64,000 nucleotides of DNA from Octopus bimaculoides. Taxonomy: Eukaryota. Shown here one piece after another: positions 1-11,506 of the stretch. Under the pieces are notes generated by a model, which had not been told where the DNA came from, searched no databases, and saw nothing but the letters and a program-made list of their open reading frames with translations. The position numbers and the translations under genes were made by a program. Numbering within the stretch: position 1 is the stretch's first letter; the number at the start of each line of letters is the position of its first letter. The stretch is from assembly GCF_001194135.2 (NCBI RefSeq), contig NC_068995.1, forward strand, positions 51,008,860-51,072,859, read 5' to 3'.

Positions 1-452
1 TATGTATATTTATCTAGATATGCGTGTGCTTTTGTCCGTTTGTTCTGCACCACTGCTTGACAACCAGTGTTGGTGTGTTTACATCCCCTTGACGTAATGG
101 TTTGTCAAAAGAAACCAATACAATAACTTCCAGGCTCTTAAAAAAAAATGTACTTCAAAGAGGTGTCCCAGCATGGCCACTGTTTAATGACTGAAACAAG
201 TAAAAGATGCACTATTTGAGCAGATCGGATTGGCTGCTCAAGAATCATAAAGTGCGTCTACATACCTGAGCTATATTTGTACCTCAGAAGCTAACAGAAA
301 GCTGTTCTGGCAAGTTTGAATCAAACCCCAGCTCAATTATATTGCAAATTAGTAGTGCTAGAGTTGTCTCCCTTAGCGGGAATTACCTCCCTTGTGAATA
401 AGTCTGGACATTTACGAGGTTTGTTTGTCGTGTCTCTCTAGACGACCCGATT

Positions 453-860
453 GGGTCAAACTAAAGCGTTTGGCCCAAGCTCAAAAATAAAAAGAAATTA
501 GTCTAATAGGTATAAAACAACTTGTGAACGAATATGGAGAAAATAATGCGCGAGCGGGGGNNNNNNNNNNNNNNNNNNNNNNNNNNNNNNNNNNNGGGGG
601 ACTCGGAACATTCAACTCGTCAGTCCATAGCCTCTAAACTATAGTGTTTGACCCAAGCTCAAAAATTTTTTAAAATTAGTCTAATAGGTGTAAAACAACT
701 TGTGAACGAATATGAAAAAAAAAATGCACGCCCGCGAACGCGGGTGGGTGGAGAGAGGACTCGGAACATTCACACCGGAGCCATACATATATTATATTAC
801 ACCTATTACACTAATTTTTTTATTATTTTTGATCTCGGGTCAAACGTTTTAGCATGACCC
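453..860. mobile_element. MITE-like element with ~63-bp imperfect TIRs and an internal direct duplication
   Basis: 453-515 is about 80% identical to the reverse complement of 797-860. The left-end segment is repeated at ~646-771. Confidence 0.55.
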
Positions 861-1472
861 CCCGATTGGCATCTGAAGTCGGGGCACGTAGCAACAGTCA
901 CAACCCGGTGGCACTCTTGCTTTCCGAGCAGTCCTCCTCTCTTTAGTTTGAAGTTAATCCGATCTGTGCTATTTTTCCCCCCTTTCATATAAGTATAGAC
1001 GAAACCCAACATTTTACATCTAATTATGGCCATGCATGTTTATATAAACAAGACTCCAGATATTCATGTGATGGATGAGTAAAGAGAGTTTAAACGCTCA
1101 TTCTTGAGTGCAGGTATGGCTGTGAGGTTTAAGAAGTTTACTTCTCATTTATATGATTTCAATTTGCTCATGCAGCAACCATACCCAAGTGTCTGCAGCC
1201 ACAGACTTGGTCCTCGTCAGTTAAACTTGGTTAATGGAAACAGTGTAGAAATCTGTCAGAGAGGCCATTTCTATTTCTGGTCGTCTTTGCCTACTTCTCA
1301 GATTGACATCACTTTCTAGAATATTAACTGCTTTTAGCGGAGACAATTCTGTTGTAATCCATCAGGAAGGTTTTCAAGCATTTGATAACTTCCTCCTACC
1401 ATGGACGGAGGCCCTAAAAACAGCCATGAGCATTGCTTTTCTTCTTCCAACTAAGTAAATAATTAAAAAAAC

Positions 1473-1504
<32 letters not shown>

Positions 1505-2887
1505 CATCGCTGTATCAACCAGCTTTTGAATGAGTCCCCCCCCACTGCCTAGGTGGGCAGGCCAACATTACACCTACACTCCAGTCCATGACAGGGTTAT
1601 CCATTTATGGCTGAGCAGGCTGGAGCAATGCAAAAGGAAGTGTCTTGCTCAAAAATGCAATGAACTGCTGGTCTGGGAATTGAAACTACAATCTTGTGAT
1701 CTTGAGTACAACACAAGGCTTGTATACCTTCACACACAGATAAGCTGTAAATTTAATATCTATTGAGTAGCTGGTGACTTTTAAACTTCTTTTGTCTCAA
1801 TGTGTATTAACCAAAGCCATTCCAGATGAATTATAAAAAAAAAAAAAAAAAAAAANNNNNNNNNNNNNNNNNNNNNNNNNNNNNCGGGGGGGGGGAGTGA
1901 GAGAGAGGAGGACATCACAAAGATTTCAACATAAGAAACAATAAACCACAACAGCTTCAATCTCAACGGAAAGTGTTTAAGATTTTCAAAAGGAAATTCA
2001 AGAAAAATATAAATTCACCAATTCATGCAAAACAAAAATAATTTATTCTCTCAATGCCATGGAACGTAGATGTTTGACCAATCTACATAGAAAAAGAATA
2101 GAATGATTGTACAGTATTGTTTTTGGTGGTTTTAATATTTTTATTTAATTTATTTATGTCCTTTATCTCAGTCCAAATTACGTTGATCTGAAAAGAGAGA
2201 GGAAGAGAGGCAGAAAGAGAGAGAGAGAGATGTATATTGTTATTATTTTTACTGCACCAGATCAGAAATTGTCAAGCTACCAGAAGAATTGTGACAAAAG
2301 TCTGTTGTGTATCAACCACCACAGTGGCTACTGTCTTGAAATAACTGGATTTTAAAGACATCAGTTAAGAACACTTGAAAAGATCTCTAGAATTCCAGTG
2401 AGAGATCTTTTGCAATATAAACTAAAATACAGCAAGGAGCTATGGGAGAGTAGATGGAGAATATTTTCCTTGAATTATGATTACAAATTGTAAATTAAAG
2501 CTGTCGACATTACTCATCATCAGTCCTTCCATACGTACTCAGTTCTCTCTGAGATTGAAACAAATTATGGTTCTGTGACATTCTGCACAGATATCCAGTA
2601 CTAACATGAACAAAATATGATCTTGGGATCCCATGGATTGACGCTTTATTTATGAGGTCATTGCTACACAGTTTAGTTATATAGCAGATGTTAAATACAA
2701 TGTGACTGTTGTTGCATGTGAGAGTAAAGCATACGATGGTCAAAATAGGCAACCAATGGTTTTTGTTATTGTGTATGAAGAGAACAAAAATCCTGACTAG
2801 ATTCATTACTCCAACCAATTTAAGAGTAATAAAACTCATCAATAAATAAAACTGTGTTATATCATTAATATCTGAAGAAACAGTCAG

Positions 2888-3113
2888 CAAGCTGGCGGAA
2901 TCGTTAGCACACCGGGCGAAGTGCTTAGCGGTATTTCATCTGCCATTATATGTTCTGAGTTCAAATTCCACCGAGGTCGACTTTGCCTTTCATCTTTTCA
3001 GGGTTAATTAAATAAGTACCAGTTATGCACTGGGTCGATGTCATTGACTTAATCACTTTGTCTGTCCTTGTTTGTCCCCTCTATGTTTAGCCCCCTGTGG
3101 GCAATACAGAAAT
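2888..3113 (+). mobile_element. tRNA-headed SINE, family A (gctggc.gaatcgttagc...ctgagttcaaattcc.ccgaggtcgactttgcc). Many decayed copies, e.g. ~5615-5875, 17770-18135, 36050-36200, 47430-47580
   Basis: Dispersed copies on both strands within the window; B-box-like GAGTTCAAATTCC. Confidence 0.75.
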
Positions 3114-3329
3114 GAATTAATATCTGATGAAAGAACAGAACTGCAGCAATAAAAGACATATTAGTTATTAAAATATTTAAAAAAAAAACTATATATAAAA
3201 TAAAGCATAAAGTAAAAACCACTAAAAACTGATTTCTAATATAGAAACAATCTTATGAGATTTGAACATGGAATATAATGGGATGTGACCAAATACAGCA
3301 AAGCATTGAAAATCAGTTGCTCCACTGAT

Positions 3330-3411
3330 TTTGGCATTTCAACTGATTAAATGATCATATTTAAGAGGAATTTGGCATTTCAACTGATTAAATGATTATA
3401 TTTAAGAGGAA
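3330..3411. repeat. 41-bp tandem duplication
   Basis: tttggcatttcaactgattaaatgat(c/t)atatttaagaggaa x2. Confidence 0.9.
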
Positions 3412-5624
3412 AGTAGAGTCTGCCAAGTACTTTATAAGCACCTACTTACTAAATTGACCCCAGAAGGATAAAAAGCAAAGTTGACCACAATGGTATTTGA
3501 AACTGTTGTTTTTATTTGTTACTCGTCAAATAATTGATAAGAATTTATAATATAGGCACATAATCAGGAGGGGGGGTAGTTGATTAAACCGAGGGCAATT
3601 CTTGGCCTGTGCTTTATTTTAGTAACCTCAGAGGGATGAAAGGTTAAGCTGAACTAAGCAGGATTTGAACCCAGAACATAAAGGGCTGGAATAAATAGTG
3701 TAAGCACTTTGTCCCATGTCAATCCATGGTATTTTCAAAGACTGGAAACGTGTGCGTATGTGTCTGTTTGTATGTTATTCATCAGTTACAAGATTTAGAA
3801 TTGAAGATGGCTAAACAGGGTTTTTAATTGAAGGGAAAAAGAACAGGGGACAATTGTATCTTAAACACAAACCCACACACATTAAATATTTCTAACCCAT
3901 TATTTACAAACTATCATTTTCTTAAATTATCTACTTTAAGTTCATCCATCAAAAACGAATATATATAACTTAAATGATGTAAAGCCTTAACCTGGGACGA
4001 CATTATCTAATGTGTGTGTTTTCCCTTTTCTAAAATGATAGCTTACCATTAGTGGAAAATTTGGCTGGCTGAACAACTGCATAAGAGGTTCCTGTGTTCA
4101 TGGAAGCATGGAAGTGATTGTATAAAGAAAAAATGGTCTAAAATGGGAAAGCTAGCTCATTAAGTCCTTTGAAGATTTATTTCTGACAGAAATATTTTCT
4201 AATTAAAAAAAAGAAAACAAACAATACACATAACTATGTGAATTGTCTCAAAATAATCTTCTGCTTAAAAATCCCAGATTTTAAGAATTATTGAAATACA
4301 ATACACAACGCTTTGTTAAGAACTAGAAATAAATACGACAAGGATGGGAAAGAAAAGAGAAAGGCTTTTAGTGTTGATGTTGTGAAATTGATGGAGAGAT
4401 TCATGGAATTTATATGATTAAGGTAAACGAAATTATAATGAGACCCAATACATACTTTCAGCTTGACTGGGATAATCTACTGAACTGATTGATTTACAAA
4501 AAGGAATAGTGTAACACTTCAAATGAGCATCTCTGTCATACAGACAATGTTTTCTGGTTCCAATCTTCCATGAAAGCATATCTGGCCATGTTGGGTCAAT
4601 CGTCTTAAAAGTAAAACAAATGGACAGATAACACAACACACACACACACTTGCATACTCACCGAGCAACGACTACAAATCATTAAAAAGTTAATTTTTTT
4701 GGAATGTTCCAGTCTCATGATGATGAATAAAATGGAATGAGAAATGGGTGAAGATGAATAAAAAAAAAAAAAATCCTAGTAAACCTCAAAAACAAAAAAA
4801 GGAAAAACTGTGAGCCATTGGGTTGCATACAGAATCTATTTTAACCAATATCTGAAAGATTTCAAATGTCAAGAACAAAATGGTGAGTAATTTCTTTTAA
4901 TTTTGTCATGGCATAATCAGAGGTAGAAAGGGACTGAGTCCATCATTTATTTGGCTGGGCTGCCAAATCTAGAGGAAATCAACGCAACTCATGGGTTATT
5001 CTCAGACTGGAGACCTGATCCAAGTGTTTGCAACAAGCTGGATTCCACAAAAGATGCCAATGGGTGGAGTACTAGCATTAAATCTAGTATTTAAGCTGGC
5101 CATATCCAAATATTTGACCTGTTTTATGTTCAAACTGGCTAGATCCATCCTCTCACACCTGCCCTATAATATCATTCTAAAAATAATAATCATATTATCA
5201 AAATCTTAAAGCTATGAGATAATGCATGATTAATTCAAAACAATGCGAATAAATAAATAAAGCATTACATTTGACACCGAGTAATCTGAATGCTGAACGG
5301 TTAAAGTATTAAACCAAGTGAAAGAATAGTCTATTATCCCCAAAACAGTGACTGTCTATATAAGAGGTCAACTTAATTCCACTCTCAAGGCACTGGTCAA
5401 CCAGAGGTTACGGCAGAAGATGCTTGTTTAAGTGGTTACGCATCAAGGATTGAACCTAGAACCACCTGACTGTATATAAATGTATGCAAGATAAATAGGA
5501 TAACTTGAGATGACTTCATATGATTAGGCTTTGGTAGATATCAAAGGAAGAAGAAAAAAATACCCCCACCCACCGAAATAGGAGCCGAATTGCTGTTATT
5601 ATTATGATGAGGGTGGAAAGCTGG

Positions 5625-5690
5625 CAAAATCATTAGCACAAAATCATTAGCAAAATCATTAGCACAAAATCATTAGCAAAATCATTAGCA
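5625..5690. repeat. Alternating 14/12-bp tandem array inside a SINE head
   Basis: caaaatcattag(ca) x5. Confidence 0.9.
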
Positions 5691-8600
5691 CACTGGGCAA
5701 GATGCTTCGTAGTATTTTGTCCATCTTCACATTCTGAGTTCAAATTCCACCGAGGTTGATATTACAGTTTATCTTTTCAGGGTCGATAAAATAAGTGCCA
5801 TTTAAGTATGGGGTTGCTACTACTGGCTTACTGTGTCCCTGAAATTGCTGGCCTTGTGCCAAAATTTGAAACCGTTATTATCATTAAGATTATTATTTGA
5901 TATTTCTGAATTCGTTAAAACACAAAGCAAAGACAACATTATGGTTGGAAAAAGAAAATGCTTTGCACAGACTTTCAACCTTAAATGTGTATGTGTGTGT
6001 GTGTGTGTGTGTGATGAAAGAAATGTAAAAAATTTGACTAGATGAGAATTGGTTGATTGGGCTGAAAACTCTTAGGAAACAGCTTGGAGTCTAATAATGA
6101 TCTCTTACCCAACAATTATGGCACAGATTTTCTTCCCAGAAAAATGTTAATACTTAAAGCACCAAAAATTATGAATAATAGATGTTATAAGGTTAAAGTA
6201 AAAATAAAGAAATAAATAAATGTTTTTGCCACAATAAAACTATTAACATCAAGAATAAAGAACATTAATTCAATAAGTAAATGTAATTAATATCTGATAG
6301 AGAATGAATATTATAAAACATATTAAAATGATGTCTGCTCTATTTCTTGCATTCACTAAGCAAAATGACAATCTATTGACAGCAGTTGTATTGATAGTTG
6401 TATTTGTGCATGTATGTGTGAGTGTACATATAAAAAAACTTGTCACACATCAGAGTTCAAGAGCTAATATGGATGAGATGGTTAGTTATTTGTAGCAAAT
6501 ATCTTTACATTTAGAAGCCACTCCTACCATAAACAGTTTGTTCAGTAGAGCAAACTGGATTCAACACAGTTATGGCCCTTGTTCAGGAGCAGAACACAAC
6601 GACTAATAAGAACGAATCTCGTGATAATGTAGCCAGAATTATCTCTGTTTCATTCGTTTCATTTAATGTAAGTTGTTTCATGCTAGCATAGTTTAGATCA
6701 TGCATGAGCAAACCTCTGGCCAAACAAGATATAGTTCATCACAAAGCAGGATGCACTTCTAAAATAGTTCAAGGTAGCTTTTCGTTAGGTATATCATTCA
6801 GAAAGTCTTGTGGGCTGCAGGTTGCCCTTGACTGGTTTAGAATATAGGAAACAAAGATAGGATTTTATTTGGCCAGATACGCTTCCTGACGCTTGCCCAA
6901 TGTTTCACACAAGGTTTTTTTTTGTTTTTTTTTTATTCCACTAGAACTTTGAAAGTGCAATTCCTTGACCATACAGCTTTCTTGTATTTCTCACGGATTT
7001 ATAAAACAAAATAGAGTAAGAAACAAAAGTCATGTCAACTATTTTCCTAATAATAATAATAATAATAATCTCAAATTTTGGCATAGGGTCAACAGTTTTT
7101 GAGGGGATGGGGAAGTTGATTACATCGACCACAGTAATCAACTGGCACTTATTTTATCGACCCAGAAAGGGTGGCATTTGAACTCAGAACGTAAAGTTGG
7201 AGGAAACGCTGCTTTTTACCTTTCAGCTTTAATCTCTGAAGGCAGTGTTCATTCAATGACTGAAACCTGTAAAAGTTTTTCTTCTATTTTATTTTTAGAA
7301 GTAGATTCCTCTTAGGGATGCTGTCTAATCTGTTTCAATACCATTCTGGAGATGCAAGACAACATTCCTTAGCTAAGACAAGTATCCATTCTGTGAAACA
7401 AAAATGTCGAAGCAAATCTCGAGAATGAAGTGTTTAATAAAGGGGAAGTAATTAATAAGCATAAAAAGAAGCAGTTACCTCTCGTGTCAGTCATTAAAAC
7501 ACACGCTAATTACACAACATTTTAAAAGAATTTATGGTATAATCGAAGGATTAACAGCACCCATGGCCTTTTTGTAGGGCCTCACAGTGGTGGAGAGAAG
7601 GACGAATAAACCACAATCCATGAGGTGTCCTCAAACCAAAAGACCAGTCCTGAATGCTTACAACAGTGTTTTTCTGCAAAAAAACATTCAAGGGCCATGG
7701 AAAGGTGTTAAACAAGAAGGAACATTTGTCAGTTTAAAGAGAGAAAAAAAAACTTACAAATAAAAAGAAAAGAAAAACAAAAGAAAATGCTAAATATAAT
7801 GGCAAGTTGGGCAATATTGCTGAGTTTTAGCATAAGTAAATCTTTGATTAATCTGACTGCAGTATGAGACTGAAGGTTTCGGTACTTACTTCCCTGATGT
7901 AACATATGTAAGATGATGTTGTTACCTAACAAATAAAGTCACTTCACTTGCAGACATTTCTAGAATGCATTGTTCCATGAGAAAAAAGAATTAATAATAA
8001 TAATAACAATAATAATGAGAAGAAGAAGAAGAAGAAGAAGAATGCTGATCAAGGTGATGATTTTAAATAGAAATAAGGTTGTATACTTATTGAACAATTC
8101 TTTACTAATGGACAGTTTTCTGTAAATGACAAAATCTTTCTTGTATCTTTCAACTAATAACATGAAAGAATTTCTCTTATACAGATGATAAGGCTTTCGC
8201 CCAAACCCTTTTATTTGTCACTTTTTACACTGATTATTGATGATAATGATGATGATGGTGGTGGTGATGATGATGTTGATGACAATGACATATCAATAAT
8301 GCTTCATAAGACCTCAGTACATAACGATGACAACATTCAGTTGTTCAAAGGCAAACAAACCCAATGAGTCAATGAAGTTCTGCAAGGAACCAACTAAAAA
8401 AAAAAAGAAAAGAAAAAAAAAGAAAGACAAAAAAAAGGGTTATATTTTATAATAAATGAAAAATGATGTGGGAACAACAGAAATTCGTCTTAGCTTGAAA
8501 CATGAAATGATTTAGTGGATAATAATTATCACTGGTGTTTTTAGTTTGTAGAAAATAATTTCTTTTTTTTTTTTTTACAATATATTATAACTGCAATTTT

Positions 8601-10043
8601 GCTGAAGACAATGATCCTAACTGATGTTTTTCTTCTTAAATTCTGAGGACCATTTCAATGATACAATGTTATATCTAAGAAAAAAAAACTTTTTTGAATC
8701 TCAAGTAGAGCCAATTTATATTAACAAAAGAGTGTTATTTGAAAATGGAACTAAAGTATTAAAAGCTACCCAAGTACCAAATCAGAAGCCCATTTGAACC
8801 CATAAAACATGATGTAGTATTTTTCTACTTCGAACAGCAAATACCCCTTAAGTTTCAACAACTCCTAAATCAATTTGTGATGAATGAAATTTTTAAAAAA
8901 TTGTTTCGTTTTTTTTTCTTTTTTGTTACTGTAAACACAGTTATACGTTCTAAAGTTTAGAATACAATCAACTAAAACCATTGTTTGGTATGAAATATTA
9001 AAAATTATTATTAACTATTCTCTGGAAAATAACATTAGGNNNNNNNNNNNNNNNNNNNNNNNNNNNNNNNNNNNNNNNNNNNNNNNNNNNNNNNNNNNNN
9101 NNNNNNNNNNNNNNNNNNNNNNNNNNNNNNNNNNNNNNNNNNNNNNNNNNNNNNNNNNNNNNNNNNNNNNNNNNNNNNNNNNNNNNNNNNNNNNNNNNNN
9201 NNNNNNNNNNNNNNNNNNNNNNNNNNNNNNNNNNNNNNNNNNNNNNNNNNNNNNNNNNNNNNNNNNNNNNNNNNNNNNNNNNNNNNNNNNNNNNNNNNNN
9301 NNNNNNNNNNNNNNNNNNNNNNNNNNNNNAAAATGAAAATAAAAAATCTAAAACAGAATGAAAATAGGAAAAGTTTTCCAGCCACTGAGCTGAAGCACAA
9401 TGAGGTAGTATAAATTATGAAGCTTCTACTTCCACTGGGCTTCCCAGCAAAACTGAAACCAAATCTTTTAACTCCAGGAACGCTTAATATCTCTGTACAA
9501 ACACGCACACTAAAAAGTTATTGCGCATAGTCAATTGGTACAGCTTGGTACAGCCTGGTACAGCTTGAATGGAACTGAGGGAGTTCATAAGAACTAACGA
9601 TGCAACCAGTTCTGCAACAACTGCTCTTTTAGTTTGTTTGTTTGTTTGTTTTCTTTTTTTTTTCATTTTCTTACTCTCCCTCTCTTTCTCTCTCCTTCTC
9701 TCACTCCCTGTTGACAAATACTCCCGGTTAAGGGTCAACACCCTGAATCATGAGGTCACCAAGACAAATAGCAACACTAGCAGAAGACCAGCAAGCCCGG
9801 AGAGAAACCCTCTGTTTGCTCTTGGGCTCAAAACTTGAGTAGCAAACAAGCCTAATTAGATATCATCTTTTTTTTAAGATGGTAGGGTGAGATTTAAGGG
9901 AAATTTGGCTGCTATTTCTAGCAGGTCAAGCGACCACATAGAGGCTCCTTTGTTGGCTCATATATTTGTGGGTGTATACATGTGTGTGTGTGTATGTGTG
10001 GGTGTGAGGCATGGTGGTCTGCGTACGTATATGCATGGATTAT

Positions 10044-10189
10044 CTAATCATCAAGTTTATTGTTTACTCCAATATTTTCTGGAAGCTTGAATTCACGTCG
10101 CACATAGAACAAAATATAGGCTTTACAGCGTGACACAGTCTCTTCATTGCATACTGTGACATTACTGTCATTAAAGTGGTACCAAACAC
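10044..10189 (-). CDS. USP3: USP3-like last coding exon: (G)[47 protein letters not shown]
   Basis: tttgcag acceptor. W.HFND (catalytic Asp region) and KAYILFY motifs; TAG at 10044-10046. Confidence 0.95.
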
Positions 10190-10323
10190 CTGCAAACAAG
10201 AAGAACAAAATTAAATTTCAAAAGAAATTCTTAGGGAATCTTACCACCAACTTTTCCCCATTTTTAAAAAATTATAAACATATCTTCAGAATACTAAATA
10301 TTATAAAGAATAAAACAAAAAAT

Positions 10324-10578
10324 GGACTATATACCTGTTGTAATTTGGTCAGCTATAGTCCGATGATATTTCGGAATTACAATTCTTTCTTCAGATCTTC
10401 TAAGAAGATCTGAAGAAGGAATTGTAATTCCGAAATATCATCGGACTATAGATAACCAAATTACAACAGGTATATAGTCCTTTTTTTTTTAGTTTATAGT
10501 GCATTGTTGTACCATTCTAAACTTTTTATTCTTTATAAACAATACACAATGCTTCAAGCGAACTACAACACTCTCCTA
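10324..10578. mobile_element. Penelope-like element terminus: 77-bp-arm palindrome containing a minimal hammerhead motif, plus downstream element sequence
   Basis: Arms 10324-10400 and 10404-10480 with 3 mismatches. The 10481-10578 segment matches 17529-17630 in reverse. Confidence 0.7.
10407..10442 (+). ncRNA. Minimal type-I hammerhead ribozyme-like motif (mirror copy on the minus strand at ~10362-10397)
   Basis: GAT-CTGAAGA-A-GGAATT(GT)AATTCC-GAAA-TA-TC^ATC: both core boxes, 6-bp stem II, UC cleavage site after 10439, 3-bp stem I. Activity untested. Confidence 0.6.
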
Positions 10579-10751
10579 ACTAAATATTATGCTCGAGTCC
10601 ATACTAACAATTCACTCCAAGTGATTATAAAGCCATCTGTCCATTCATCTTTTCTTTTTTCATGTCAACCTTACTCATTCAAACAGATACACTCTGATGT
10701 TTAGCAGAGTGAGCAAACATTTAGTCAAATTTGTTCTGGTTAGGATCACCT

Positions 10752-10795
<44 letters not shown>

Positions 10796-11282
10796 TCGGT
10801 CAGGTATTATTTACAGTCAAACTTCAGTTTACTAATGCTTCTCATGAAAAGCATGTTGGTTTATAAACAATTTTTTTTAATGTAAAGCATCTCAGGTGAT
10901 GAATGGTGCCTCGAGTAATGAGCACACAGCCTGGCCACAACAATTGACAACAAGCTGGGTGCATCAGTGGGGGAGGGAGTGTCGGTTGCTGTCTAGCGTT
11001 CACTCAGTACACATCCCTGCATAAATTTGCTGTGAATTCTCTTGACTTTCTGATGGCAGAAATAGTTTTGGTTTACTAACATTTCAGGCATTCAGGAATG
11101 AATGAAATTCATAAGCTAATGCTCCACTGTATCTGCTCCTGAAACAATATTTTACTACAATGTAGCAAAATATTCACATCATTAAGATGGTAGATGCAAT
11201 CTCAGAGAAATTTGGCTGCTATTTCTACCAGGATCAATAACTACATACAGTCTCCTTTGTTGATTCATGCAAGCTATGTTGA

Positions 11283-11323
<41 letters not shown>

Positions 11324-11465
11324 GTGAGATTATAATAAATACAGCAAGAAATATTTCCCAAGAAGTGTAGCAATTTACAAAACAGCAATGACTGCATTTA
11401 TTGAAAAGTTATTTTCAACAATGTTAAATACAAAAGTCCATTTGAATTGCAGAAAGTCATCTCAC

Positions 11466-11506
11466 CTTTGTGAATAGCATATGAAGTATAATGTCCTGAA
11501 CCAGCA
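11466..11506 (-). CDS. USP3: USP3-like 41-nt exon with the catalytic His: AGSGHYTSYAIHK(G)
   Basis: ttgtcag acceptor, gtgaga donor, phase 2/1. GSGHYT His box. Confidence 0.94.

Noticed and set aside
1338-1454. Plus-strand AG...GT-bounded open segment GDNSVVIHQEGFQAFDNFLLPWTEALKTAMSIAFLLPT, phase-compatible with a 50-nt segment near 4833-4882
   Set aside because: No recognisable protein family. The second segment has an A-rich rather than pyrimidine-rich acceptor, open stretches of this length are common by chance, and the antisense frame could be a LINE relic. Needs tBLASTn or RNA-seq.
2510-2890. 126-aa minus-strand ORF and protein-like plus-strand fragments
   Set aside because: No motif recognised and no convincing splice pair; possibly a decayed transposon.
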